A DNA stretch of 47,591 bases, the filler included, from Jimgerdemannia flammicorona (Eukaryota), in the NCBI GenBank assembly GCA_003990765.1. It is 2 parts of 2 records of this genome, joined end to end, with 100 filler letters (N's around TTAATTAATTAA, not from the genome) between each part and the next. Parts side by side here need not be neighbours in the genome. Positions count along the whole stretch, not along the records: positions 1 to 23,750 come from RBNJ01001070.1; 1 more part is not named here. One strand, 5' to 3'. A program made the translations under genes and the position numbers. Shown here piece by piece: positions 1 to 12,919 of this stretch; position 1 is the first letter of the stretch; the number at the start of each line of letters is the position of its first letter. The notes under the pieces are model-generated. The model saw only the letters and a program-made list of their open reading frames with translations, was not told where the DNA came from and did not search any database.

Positions 1-14
1 AAAAAAGAGGCAAT

Positions 15-218
15 AGAGTGGCTGCTAATAGGATATGATGGGGAATCTTGAAAAAAAAAAAGATGTGATGGCTGATGGTAGTGCTATGTAGGGGGACTGG
101 CAGGGGCAGATGGATCTGACTGATAGTATAATAGACCTAGTAGTAGCTCTATTACTTAAGAAATTAATTTCAGAGTTTGTAGTAATATTGTACTTCTGGA
201 GCTTGGTAGTGATAGTGT
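15..218 (+). pseudogene. LINE ORF1 fragment (same family as 7161-12995)
   Basis: Aligns by eye to ~7550-7740 (…CTATTACTTAAGAAATTAATTTCAGAGTTTGTAGTAATATTGTACTTCTGGAGCTTGG vs …CCATTACTCAAAAAATTGATCTTGGCATTCGTGATTACACTGTACTTCTGGGGCTTAG). Ends approximate. Confidence 0.8.
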
Positions 219-606
219 GGTATACTATACTATTATGTATAAAAGAAAACTAAAGTACCAAACTCAAACTAAAATGAGAAGAACTCTATCTCATCTATTA
301 AAGGTTCATAAACCACACTTATTAACTCAAGACCAAGATATACTGTAACTATATAAGATCTTATTACTTAGCAGAAGCAAAACACATTTGAACAACTCTG
401 TTTACTCTATCTGTATCACCTCTATTGGAGAATGACAGATACTTCATCTGAACTCAAGAAAGCTGACATTGTTAAAACCAATCTCAAGTCCATTCATATA
501 ACAGATATTACTACTAGAAATTGCTTTAAATTATAGAAAATATCATTTCCAAGAGGTTCAAACCCCCAGCTATGGCAATGAGAGCCCTCACCCTAGACAA
601 GAATAA
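219..606 (+). pseudogene. Gypsy-like integrase tail and downstream region, copy A
   Basis: Paralogous to ~5610-5985 and ~38140-38545; the last of these directly continues a recognisable integrase core. Confidence 0.7.
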
Positions 607-2670
607 TGTAAGCACACAACCTCCAAGCCACTGAAATTACACATCACCCTCTGAACAAGCCACTGAAATCACATGCAACCTCTGAACAAATCTGAAAATC
701 ACCTGCTTGATCATGAAGCTGAGTCAAACTGAAGTCACAGCGCACAAAGCTGAGTCAATATGAAGTCACAGAATACAAGATTTACACAAACAGAATCTTA
801 CCAATCAGGACCAAATGCATATATACCGAACACTGAGATGTGTTGAATTGGAGAACCAAAACAAATAACAACCACAACTTCCAAACATACAAATATGACC
901 ACTGAGATCTACAACTATATCTGTGCTGACATTTGGAATGCCATTGTCAACCAAGCCACACCCCCTCTGCCCCTCATGAATATCCATAGTCTAGCACCCC
1001 TCTACTTTGTGGAAGCCTGATGGAACACCCTGAATATACTTAGTGAGGCCCACCAAATCGGACAAATCTCAAGCTACTATCAGATCAGCCACCTCCTGGA
1101 AGACATGGTTGAACACCACCATGATACAGACATTACCCAGATGTCTCAACACCAGAAGCTCATCGCCCACAAACATTGAGAACTCTTCTACGAGTATAGC
1201 ACTGTTATTCCCTGCCTCCGAGTTACCACCAGTGAAATGGTTGCTACCCTGTCCTATGGCCAAATTGATAACATGATACAAGAACTCAACCATAAGTACC
1301 TTGAGTACGTCGAAACCACAGACAGAACCTTCCCACACCCCAATGATCATATCTTGCAAATGCCCCAAGTTGGATACACCATGAAGGATATCTATAATAT
1401 AATCCACTTTGATGAAGATGAAGCAGAAGACAATGATCCCTCTGATGCCGATATGACCTCTAGCCAAGGATCTCTGCCAACCCAGATCACTCTGCCAACC
1501 TTGCTGATGAACTTACAACAGTTCATAACAGCATATGAGACTTATTGGGACAATGATCACTGGCATGAATACCAACCCGCATTCACCCCCGATTACTTCA
1601 ACTACAATGAAGAGACCGGAGAACACAACCTGTACCTCCAGATAACTCTCGAGATCAAACCAACCACTCCACTACCTGAGTACGAGTGACATGAACCACA
1701 GCTGCCAGCTTACTACAATCCTGCAACTCATAGTGCTGTAACCTATAGAAGGTATGCAGACAGCGAATTCAATGAAAGTGAAGACAATACACCCATCCTT
1801 CGTCCACCAATACCTTATCTAGCCTATGAGACAGATGATGCTATCCTGTGGGATGGAGACAAAGTCCCAATGTATTACTACCTTAGTGAACAAGGAAAAG
1901 TAATCTGCGAACCACTCTTCCTAGATGACTACTTTATCAGAGATGATGTCATTGATGGTAATGTCATCGAGGACTATCCAGACAGTACCTAAACTCATAA
2001 TTAGCCTAACAGTCATAGTATAGTTAGATTAGCTTTGTATGACGTGACTGTGAACTGACTCAGCAGTCAGATGATCTCTTGACATGTCAGATCACACTTA
2101 TACTATGTGACTGCATTCTGACTCAGCAAGGCACTTAGTGCTACATCCATATCTAGCATAGTTCAGATAGCCTCTCACTAGTATAAATACCCCCTCCCCC
2201 AGACCTCAGAATCTCAGACTCGAACACACAAGAACATTTCTGAATACTTCCCCACAATATCCCTTCATACAAACTACTCCTAGTATAGCAATATCATGAA
2301 TAGCAAATAAACCTATTCAATAACCCACAAACCACTCTTAAGTAAATCCACTCCCTGTTAGGTCCCACTCCTAACCCTGTCATGAAATTTCCTAATTGAG
2401 TAATGTCTGCAGCAATATACCAATTCAACTAAGCTGGTCTTAGTTTCTTAAAATTCCTGAAATATAAAGAATTCTGAACATTCAGAATAAGTTCAAAAAA
2501 GGACTTTGGTTGAGACATTAATCTAATCTCAAAATCAATAAGTATAGAGGATATATTTTATATAAAATTAATCTTGATCTAAAGAAAACAGTCTTCTAGA
2601 ATATCCAGAACTTCTAGAAAATACTCTCAGAACTATATAACAGTACTTTTATAAATAATTCTCTTATACA
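607..2670 (+). mobile_element. Long (~2 kb) LTR-like unit, copy A
   Basis: Starts TGTAAG, and the same start follows a polypurine tract at 41155 on the minus strand. TATAAATA at ~2182, AATAAA at 2306-2311. Ends CTTATACA (CTTACA at 13277-13282 in copy B). No TSD found. Confidence 0.6.
895..1992 (+). pseudogene. ~365-codon acidic ORF of unknown function inside the LTR-like unit
   Basis: One frame from ATG 895 to TAA 1990-1992, broken only by three TGA codons (1018, 1177, 1687) that fit CGA>TGA. Includes track ORF 1237..1689. C-terminus is repeated at ~6150-6210. Confidence 0.65.
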
Positions 2671-2924
2671 ACTAGTAGAAGGTAGATTGTCTTCTTATAG
2701 ATAATTGGTAGGATTGAGCTAATAGTCTTTAACCACTATTCATCTTAAGAGTATGCAGCTATAGATATAATAGATAAACTTTCCCAATCTAAGTAGTATA
2801 GCATAGAACTATCTGATCATTTCTACTATCAGTACTCTGGTCAAGAGGGTGTTCTCTGATAGAAAGGAACTTATTTTCTCTAAGAGATATATACTCAATA
2901 TTGAGGCAATCTAGACTTATATAT

Positions 2925-4402
2925 ATAATATAAGTATATAGTTATGTGAACCCTTGGCTCAGAACTTCATACTGCTAGATAGTGCTAGAGAAGACTTGCT
3001 CTTTATTGAGCCTCAGGAGTCTTAGCTTGAATATTTGTTAAAACAGATCAGTATCTAATCAATTCTTCTATTTCATAAGCAACCCTCACTCTGTTATAGA
3101 AATAGTCAAGTACTTATCTCATACAGTATACTAAATTATACCAAGAATATATATAGCTATACCAAGAGTACTACTAAACTAGTTTGCTATTTACTCCAGC
3201 AATTTGCTCAAAGATCTCTAGATTATAGCTACTATTATTATACAGACTATATTATACTTATGTATAACTTACTCTTAAACTTTACTTCTGAAATTCTAAT
3301 ATGAATATAGTATTCTGTATATTGTTAGATATTTTTAAAAAGTTATCAAGTATATAGAATTTAGAAAAATCAAGAAACCCACTTTTTGTCAATATTGTCT
3401 TATATCTAATTTTCATCTAAATTTCCTCTCCTTGCTTATTATACTCTCTTTTTCCCACTACCTAATATTTGATATAATCCTTACAAATCTCATTAATAGT
3501 GGTAAAGTTCTTTACTATAGAGACTTCTTATTGCTATTATAACTATCTCTACATTTATTAATAATAATATAGTTCTCTTCATCATTGAAGACTTCTGCTG
3601 ATCAGTGGATTTCTTAGTTGAGAATGATTGGTTTTGATTTAAATATTGATCTTTAAGTCTTAATAGTCAAGCTGGTATTATTTATATTAAATAACTTACT
3701 CTCAAACATTTTCAATTTATCGGAAGCTAGACATAATTGAACTTGAATTATTTTGAATTCTCCTCTATAGTAGAACTGAGTCTTAATCTGAAAATTGAGT
3801 TATGAGTCATATACAAGTTTGGACAAATTTTTTTTTTAAAAAAGATTGAGTTACATATAGTCGAGTTATATAAGAATACTCATAAAGACTTACTTCTATT
3901 CCTTTTAAGATCTCTACTATATAATATACTGACTCAATAGCTTAGTCACTAAAGATATACATATCTTGAATTATTCTTTAGTCTTTTATCATCTTAATCA
4001 GATATTGTAAATGAAGTCAGCAGATCTCACTATAGAGTTGTAGACTCTAAGAAAAAAAAAGAAAAAAAAAATTTCAGCTCTAGTAAAATCAGTCATTCTG
4101 TAATAAAAATATATCATGCAATTGTAACCTATATCTACTATTAGCTACTCTACAAAGACTATATATATATAGTTATGAGATTGATGAATTCTGAGATCTG
4201 AAGGATTTCTATAAATTTTTATCAGAACTTTCTCCTATTATCATCATTACTATCATCACTATTATCACTATTATTACTATTATTACCATTATTACTATCT
4301 TTGATGAGTAGCTTGTATACTATCTATATGAGAAATAATTTAACATTGTTAGCTAAAAGTATTTTTCTATCTTAAATATTCTCTCTTTTGATAATTATTG
4401 AG
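2925..4402 (-). pseudogene. Hypermutated, 3'-truncated copy of the TET/JBP-like cargo gene
   Basis: Reverse complement aligns with ~15250-17045 (e.g. 2927-2979 vs 16990-17042; ~3440-3590 vs ~16315-16460; ~3870-4050 vs ~15590-15770). Confidence 0.8.
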
Positions 4403-4475
4403 TAAGATAGAATAGAATAAAATATAATATATAAGAGAATTAGTATTACTATTTATTTATTTGTAGACCTACCAG

Positions 4476-5031
4476 TAGTACTCTAAATGAGTCAATTTAA
4501 TCTAGATAGATTTGAATTAGATTCAAATTGAATCCCATCTAGATTGATTCAAATCAACTATTATTTTGATTTCTAAATTAGACAATTAAATATTTACATC
4601 AATAACTCAATGAATAATCATCCAATTTTGATAATCTTAGTATTATTTGAAAACCTTTAATAAGACCTTTCTAATGATTTTAAGAATATTAAAATCAGAT
4701 TACATATTGCCAAACTATTAAGGAAAATGTTCTTTTGAAGAAATTTCCAAAATTGGTAAGTCAGACATTTTCCTTAATAACTCAGCAATATATAATACAA
4801 TTTCAATGCTCTTAATATCATTAAAAAGGCCTTATTAAGGACTTTCAAATAATACTAAGATCATCAAATCTGGATAATTATTTATTGAGTTATTGATATA
4901 ATTATTTAATTATTTAATTTGAGAATCAAAACAATAGTTGATTTGAATCAATTTAGATGAGATTTAAATTCCATCCAAGTTGATCTAGATGAGATTTAAA
5001 TCTAATCTGGATTAGCTTATTTGGAGTACTA
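4476..5031. mobile_element. Non-autonomous hAT MITE, fold-back
   Basis: TIRs TAGTACTCTAAAT… / …ATTTGGAGTACTA. 8-bp TSD CCTACCAG/TCTATCAG (two C>T). Long internal inverted arms. Paralog of 6442-6980. Confidence 0.85.
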
Positions 5032-5393
5032 TCTATCAGTAGGTAAGATAGAGTGTATAAGATAAAATAATTAATATAAGTAAATTAATTAATTTATTCA
5101 ATTTATCTAAATTAATTATCCTACTGATTGATTGGATGGATAAAATGAGTAGAATAGTATTAAATGAGTAATATAATGAGATGAGACAAGACTATATCAA
5201 ATTAAAAGAGGTGAAGAAGAAAGTATAGTGAAAGATACTAGATTGAGTAATAGAGGATATTGGAATAAGTAGTAAAGAGTACTAGAATGAGCAGTAATCC
5301 CCCCCCCTCTCCCAAAAAGGAGTATTAGAAAGACAGGAAGACAGGGTAAGATTTTGAACTATATAATAAGAAGAATTCTAAAAGCTCTGAACC

Positions 5394-5465
5394 TGTAAGC
5401 ATACAACCTCCAAGCCACTAAAATTACATATCATCCTCAGAACCAATTTGAAAATCACATGCAAG
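5394..5465 (+). repeat. 5' end fragment of the TGTAAG LTR-like unit
   Basis: TGTAAGCATACAACCTCCAAGCCACTAAAATTAC matches the sequence from 607 onward. Confidence 0.75.
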
Positions 5466-5469
5466 ACTA

Positions 5470-6150
5470 CAAAACAAGTTACTGAAGAGATTATCTAGTT
5501 ATACAAAATACACCAGCAAGCACAAGAACCTACTACCAAGATACAAGAATACCAGAAGAAGTACTATAACCATAAGACTGACTCTATACCTCTACAACTA
5601 GTTTTGATATACCATACTATTATAAAAAGAAACTAAAGTACTAAACTCAAACTAAGATGAAAAAAACCTCTCTTATCTATCAAAGGTTCATAAACTACAC
5701 TTATCAACTAAAGACCAAAATACACTACAACTATACAAAGACCTAATTACTTAGCAGAAGCAAAATACATTTGAATAATACTGTTTGCTCTATCTGTATC
5801 ACCTCTATTGAAGAATGATAGATACTTTATCTGAACTCAAGAAAGCTAACATTATTGAAACCAATCTCAAGCCCATCTACATGATAGATATTACTATTAG
5901 AAATTACCTCAGATTACAGAAAATATCATTTCTGAGAGGTTTGAACCCCCAGCTATGATATTAAGAGCCCTTGCCCTAGATAAGGATGGCCAGTCCTTGC
6001 AAATACATTAGTAGTTAAAAAAAAAAGAGAACCAAGACCTGTTATTCTTGTATAACTACTACCACCAAGGATAGCCTTAATTTTACAAGAGATAGAGATG
6101 ATGATACCTTTGAAACTAATGATATCAGAAGTCAGAAAACTGCTCAGACT
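5470..6150 (+). pseudogene. Gypsy-like integrase tail and downstream region, copy B
   Basis: Colinear with ~37995-38715 and with 219-606. Confidence 0.7.
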
Positions 6151-6441
6151 TTGTCAGAGATTATGTCATCAATAGTAATATCATCAAAGACTACCCAGAC
6201 AGCATCTAAATCTATAAATAGCTTAGCAGTTATAGTATAGTTAGATTAGCCTTATATGATATGACTGTAAACTGACTCAGCAGTCAGATAATCTCTTGAT
6301 ATGTCAGATCACACTTATACCATTCTGACTCAGTAAGGCACTAAGTGCTACATCTATATTCAGAATAGTTCAGATAGCCTCTCACTAGTATAAATACCCT
6401 CTCTCCCAGACCTCAGAATCTCAGACTTGAACAATCCAAAC

Positions 6442-6980
6442 TAGTGCTCCAAATGAGTCAATTTGGATGAGATTCAGATGGATTCAAATCAACCATTGTT
6501 TTGATTTCCAAATTAGACAATTAAATATTTACATCAATAACTCAATGAATAATCATCCAAATTTGATGATCTTGATGTCGTTTGAAAGCCCTTAATAAGG
6601 CCTTTCTAATGATACTAAGAATATTAAAATCGGATTACACATTACCTAGATATTAAGGAAAATGTTCTATTTGATGAAATTTCCAAAATCAGCAAATTGA
6701 AGAATTTCCAAAATTGGTAATTCAGATGTTTTCCTTCATAACTCAGCAATGCATGATCCGATTTCAATGTTCTTGATATCATTTGATAGGCCTTATTAAG
6801 GGCTTTCAAATGACACCAAGATCATCAAATTTGGATGATTATTAATTGAGTTATTGATGTAAACATTTAATTGTCTAATTTGGAAATCAAAACAATGATT
6901 GATTTGAATCTATCTGGATGGGATTCAATCCAAATCAATCCAAATCCAATCTGGATTAAATTGACTTATTAGGAGCACTA
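6442..6980. mobile_element. Non-autonomous hAT MITE, fold-back
   Basis: TIRs TAGTGCTCCAAATGAGTCAATTT / AAATTGACTTATTAGGAGCACTA. 8-bp TSD ATCCAAAC/ATCCAAAT. About 200-bp internal inverted arms. Absent from the paralogous site at ~2225. Confidence 0.9.
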
Positions 6981-7215
6981 ATCCAAATACAACTTCTGAG
7001 TACTTCTCCACAATATCCCTTTACATAACTACTCCTAGTATAGTAATATCATAAATAGCAAATAAATTTATTTAATAATCCACAAACTTCTTTTAAGTAA
7101 ATCTGCTCCCCATTAGGTCCCACTCCTAACCCAGTCATGAAATTTCCTAATTGGCAGTACCATTCAGGTTACACAACCTTTGGAAGGCACTTACAATAGA
7201 AAAGAGACTAACAAT

Positions 7216-9238
7216 ATGGTGACTGACAGGCAATCTGAGGTGCATACTGAGCAGGGTGGCCTAAGTACTTTTGAATGGCAGCAGATGGAGAGGGGCCCGG
7301 GCCTGGGGGGGAGCATGAGGGAGCTGCTGGCAGGAGGATGCAGAAGAGATAGAGGTATTGGTGACAGACAAGGGTCTGGGAGAGTGAGCTTTGTAGAGAT
7401 GGTGAAGGGGAGGCAGCAGGTATCAGGGCTGGAGGGCTGGCTGAGGAGGGCAAGGAGACTAAGAAGGTAGTGGCACATGGGGGAGTAGCCCTTGGAAAGG
7501 AGGGCAGTAGAGCTGGGGGAGTAGTAGCTGGGGGGAGTGTGACTGCTAATAATGACAGGACTGCTAATCTGGAAAAAAATCCAGATGTAACAGCTGTTGG
7601 CAAGGCTGAGTGGCTGAGGCTTGGAAGACAAGGAGATTTGGCAGATGGTATGATGGGCCTGGTGGTGGCCCCATTACTCAAAAAATTGATCTTGGCATTC
7701 GTGATTACACTGTACTTCTGGGGCTTAGTGGTAATAGTGAAAATGATGCTGGGGCTTATCACTAAGCAGGTGGCAGAAGCTACATCAGTGAAGTTTTTGA
7801 AGGGACTGGAGGGTGTGGAGGTGGGTTTTGAGGAGGCTGAGCTGCTGGAGGAGGTATTGAAGATTGGGTTGGTGATTGGAGAGGTGTGTGTTCCGATGGC
7901 GAGGTATCTGAAATGGGATCCAAGAGTGGTCCAACTGCTGGTGAAAGAAGTACCCATGGTAATGGTAATAGAGATGAGAAAGAGAGTTGAGGATGTTATG
8001 GCAGAGTATGGAGAGGTAGTGGATATCAGATTCAGGGTCTGGAAAGAGACCTTGCTCAGGACTGGAGATGTGGATGTGAGGATTCAGCTAGCTGAGAAAG
8101 AGGCTACTGGGAAGGCAAGAAACTGGCCTTCAGTGATGGTCTGAGGAGCAATCTTGTGCAAGGTGATGAGGGTGAAAGGAAGTGAAGAGGAGGAAGAGGA
8201 TTTATTGGAAGCACTGGAAGAATTGGATGGTGCTGTGGAGTGGTGAGCAAAGGCTTGAAAGGCTTTCATAGAGTCAATGCACCTGGAGGTGGTGGATGGA
8301 AAGAGGATTCAAGTGGACAAGGTGTAGTGGGAAAGGGCTCAGGGGCATAAGAGACAGAAGGATCTGCTGGCTAAACTGGGGAGAAGACCACAGGAGGATG
8401 TGAGCAAGATAATAGGTATGGAAGAGGCCAAAACGAGTATCTGGGCTGACGAGAGAAGTGGGAATGCCAGAAAGGAGACAGGGAAGGTGAAGGAGGTGAA
8501 GATTATTGACCCATATGCTGATGGCACCTTGGAGGTTTGGATGAGGTCTGGGAGGATTCCCCCACTCCTTCTCCTCTTATCAGACGAGGCCCAGCTTCCA
8601 GAAACAAGATGGTGGAGGACGTGACAATGCTGGGGACCCATCAGGTGAAATTCAGCATTCTAGAGGTGATGAATGAGGGACATGTGGTGGTGGCCAGAGA
8701 GGAGGAACTGGTGGATATCCCGGAGGTGTGGGATGAGGCTGTGAGTACTGGAGCTGACACCACAATGTTGGATAGAGAGAGACTGGTGACCCCTAGAGGG
8801 AAGGAGGTGGGAAACCTACTTTGGATGTACAGGATGATGAATAACCTGGCAGCAGAGGAGTTGGGGGAGGTGGACTTGTGAGTGATGGGTGATGAGCACT
8901 AGGCATAGATTTTGCAGGGGGATGGAGTGATGATGGCACTGAAGGTAGAAATTCTCACAGTATATCTGGAGGAGAAAGGATATGAGGTAGATAAGGAGTG
9001 GGAGGCGGAGATAGTGGTTGTCACTGGGGAGAGGGCTGAGTACTATTGGAATAAGCATCATAGATTGCAGCTTTGGCAGGAGGCTTGCATTGGGTACTGG
9101 GAGGAGTTTGAGAAGAAGGCAGATAAGGAGATGAATGAGCTGTTGGCTGGTTTAGAGGCTCAGAGGGCTGAAGAGGAAGAGGTGATGGCAGAACATAATC
9201 TGGACACAACACAGGAGGAGATGAGTATAGAGCAGTAG
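7216..9238 (+). pseudogene. LINE ORF1, copy 1
   Basis: Fragmented homolog of 19301-21331 with stops and frameshifts. Confidence 0.85.
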
Positions 9239-9268
9239 AGATCGACTGATAACAAATTATATTTCTTT

Positions 9269-12200
9269 ATGAACAGTACAACTAACATTTTTTCTTTGAA
9301 TGTGAATGGGCTATGGGGTGCTGTTAGACATAGGAACATTTTTATTTGGCTGAAGGGATTGGAGGCTGATCTCTTTCTCTTGCAGGATTTCTGGTATGAG
9401 GATGACTCTGATAGAATGGACAAAAGAATGGGGTGGCATAGTGATTTGAAATGGCAAGGTCAGGATTCTGGTTCAGAAAGGCAGAGGGGAGATAAGAGAT
9501 GTGAGGAGCTGGGGGGAGAGGCTGGTCTGGGGTGAATGGATTTATGCAGGCTGGGAGCCAGTTACAGTTGACTCCTATTACTGCCCTACTATAAGGGGGG
9601 AGCATGTAGATTGGGTGAAGGGTCTCCAGGAGAGTGGGATCCTGGCAGAGGCTGGAGTGGATATGCTTGGGGGAGATTTCAATATGGTTCAGAATATACA
9701 GATGGATAGAACTGATAGAGGATGGGGTGCTGAGAGCAGGAGTGGGGGGCTGGTGGTATGGGAGGAAGTTGAAAGACTAGGAGCACTAGTAGATGCTGGT
9801 AGAGAGTACTGGGGGGATAGGAGGATATTTATGCATTAGGCTGGAGGCCTGGGGATAAGAATCAACTGGATTCTGATAGCCAACTGTTGGGGCCAAGATG
9901 TTTAAAAGTTGCTAGAGGTGGATTGGTGTCCATAGTTGGATCACTGGGGCCTTTTGGGACAGGGGTGCTTTGGGGGAAGTGGGGATGGGTCTGGACATTG
10001 ATACCTAAATTCCTCCTTGTTAGATGATGAGTTCCGGTGGGAGGAGTGGGCTAAAGACATTCAGCTGAGGGTGGAGAACTGGTGGCAGGAAGGTGCCTCA
10101 ATTGGGGTTCGGTAGATGAGAATGAAAGAGATGGCCAGGATGTCCTAGAGTGAGGCTGACAAGGTGGCAGGGAAGCAGTGATGGCAGAGAGTGCACTGGG
10201 CTTCTACTAGATTGGCTAGGCTTCTGGAGGAGTGGGTGAGACTGGTGATGGTGGAGGGAGAAGAAGATTAGAGAGTAATGAGGGTGAAGATGGAGGTTGG
10301 GGAACTACAACAGGTGCTGTGGGAAGAGGAAGAGGCAAGGGTGCATAGCTTGGTGGCATGGCTTCATTGGCAGGGGCTGGAGAAAGAGGAGAGGCCTTCC
10401 CAGTCTCTCACAAAGACCCTTAGGGTGAGAAGGGTACAGCAACAGTGGGAAGGGGTACTTGACTCAGATGGTATACTAGTACATGGTGTACAGGATATTC
10501 TTGGATTACTGAAGGAGCGATGGAGTAAATTGTGGAGTGAGGAGGGAGGGTGGGGCAGATGCTACTGCCATTGACCAAATATTAGAGGATTGACACTCAC
10601 GACAAGTTGTGGAACTAGGTGACCTGGTGATGCCTGTAAAGGAGGATGAGATCCACCAGATTCTTGCCACGACAGCCTCAGGTACAGCACCTGGAGAGGA
10701 TGACCTACCCTGGGACTTCTGGAAGTGAATGGTTGGAGTCCCAGGTGTGATGGGAGAGTTGATGGCATTGTGTGACTCTATACTGCAGACAGAGAGATGG
10801 GTGGGGGAGCAGGATCTTGGGCTGGTGATGCTGCTTTATAAGAACAAAGGAAGGTGAGAGGATTGGAAAAACTGGCAGCCAATAATGTTGCTAGATATGG
10901 ACAGAAAGTTGGTGACTAAGGTGGTGGTCATGAGGCTACAGAAGGTAGTCCAGCAAGTTGTAGGGGTTGAGCAGCAGGAATTTGTAGGTGGTTGGCTCAT
11001 TAGAGATAGCACAGCCTGGGTACATGGAGTTATTGAAGAGGCTAGAGCCTGTGGACTGGTTGGGCATCTAGTCTTCTTAGACCAGGAGAAGGCTTATGAC
11101 TGGGTGTGACAAGTCTGGCTGGCAAAAGTATTGAATAAAATGGGAGTTCCAATCTAATTTCGGTCAGCAATGATCAGCCTACTGGAAGGGAGTAGGGCTG
11201 CACTCTTGTGTAATGGGCATAGAGGGGTAGTATTCTCTCTGGGTAGGGGGGTGCCCCAGGGGGACCCACTGTCCCCCATCTTGTATACTCTTTCCCTAGA
11301 ACCTCTAATGGACAGAACTAGGCAGAGGATAGTGGGGCTCTCCATCTATAGCATTGGGTGGAAAGTTGGGGCCTTTGCAGATGACATGGTGGTTGGTTTG
11401 GGATCAATTGCTGATGTTGAGGAGCTTAAGAAGATAGTGGAGTAGTATAAGGAGAACTCTGGGGTGAAGCTGAATTGGTACAAGTGTGAAACAATAGTGC
11501 TAGGCAATGGCCTGGTGAGAGGTGAAGTTATAGGAATAATTGTCCCTACTGGTGAGGCAGTGTGGTACTTGGGCATCTATTTGTTAGTCTATGGGTCAGT
11601 TCTGCCCAGGCTTTGGTGAGAGCAGCAAATTGGAATTTGGGAGGAGGACTTGCGGGGTTGAGGGAAGACACTTTTCTCTGGTGGGACGGGTCTTGATTTT
11701 GAATGTATATTGGCTGCCGAAGCTGTGGTATTTGGCTTATCATCTGGACTTCCCAGCCTAGGTGGTGAAGAGATTGGTGAAGGTGGCCAAGGGATGGATT
11801 TGGACTGGCAGATGGAGCCAGATTGGTTGGGAGACCTTATCCCTACCAGTGGCAAGAGGTGGTCTTGGGCTGGTGGACTTTCTCAAATGACTACACTACT
11901 TGAGGGCATGGTGGTTTAAGAGGGTGGTGGAGTTGCAAGGAGGGAGTTAGGTTCCCCTGCTGCAGAAGGTCTGAGAGAGGCAGTCATTACCAAGAGACTC
12001 AACTGGTGATCTTCTCTCATTGGTTGAACTTCAGAATACTGCACAATTGCAATATAGAGATTTCTGGTGGGGGATAGTGGAGGGGGCATACCGCATTGGT
12101 ATTTGCTGGCAGGGGAATGAGGGGGAGGAGGCTTGAGACCCAGTGATATAGAGATGGGATGACATACTGCTGGGCAGCATGCCTTTACTTAAGTTCGATG

Positions 12201-12919
12201 TTGGTGATGGAATAGAATGCCAAAGGGGACCAGGCCAGGATCTGTGGCCTAGCAGTTGGCAAGGAGTGGGAATTGGAGAAGAGTGGGACTGGTATGGTGT
12301 TTGGATCTGGAGTGCCACAGTATGGAAATGAATGCCACCAAAGTACTGGGTGGTCTGGTAGTGCATGCTGAGGAGGAATGTGATGCTCAACTTCTGCTCA
12401 GGGCACCTTATCATAGATGGTTGCTTTGACTGTAAGGAGTGCTACAATGTAGAGCAGGAAGGGGACTTTGTACAGATGCCAGAACATTGGCTAGGAGAGT
12501 GCGAGGTATTGGGAGACTTTTGGTGGGTCATTGAAGACCACTTGGGGGTAAGGCATAGGAGAGATGAAGTACAGGGGAGGTGGGAGAACTTGAGGGATCG
12601 ATTGGTAGGAGGGGTAGAAAAGGAGTAGATTACCTTAGGTTGGGTATTGGCTATTTGGATTGGGATGGCTGGTCACTGGCTATTTGTTTTTGAGGATGAG
12701 AGGTGACAGAGCTTGGGGAGCTGGTTGTTGTGGTGGCAGAGACTTATGGAAGACACCTTGACAGATTGGTGGCTTGATTGGGGGCTGTAGGGGGGTCAGA
12801 GGCACCACTTGGTGGAGAAAATCTGTAGACAGAGTGGTGGAAGAGTTGGAGTTATTGGTGAGAGGGTGATCTTTATTTGTGAAGGGGTGGAGAGGGGCTC
12901 CCCTATGGGGATCAGATAG
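9269..12919 (+). pseudogene. LINE ORF2 (APE endonuclease, reverse transcriptase, C-terminal Cys/His finger), copy 1
   Basis: Motifs SLNVNGL, LLQD, GGDFN, DQEKAYD, GVPQGDPLSP, FADD and CxxC…EHWLGEC; many premature stops. Confidence 0.92.

Noticed and set aside
895..1992. TGA recoding (alternative genetic code or selenocysteine)
   Set aside because: CGA>TGA decay is pervasive in the window (e.g. dUTPase motif V) and explains the stops more simply.
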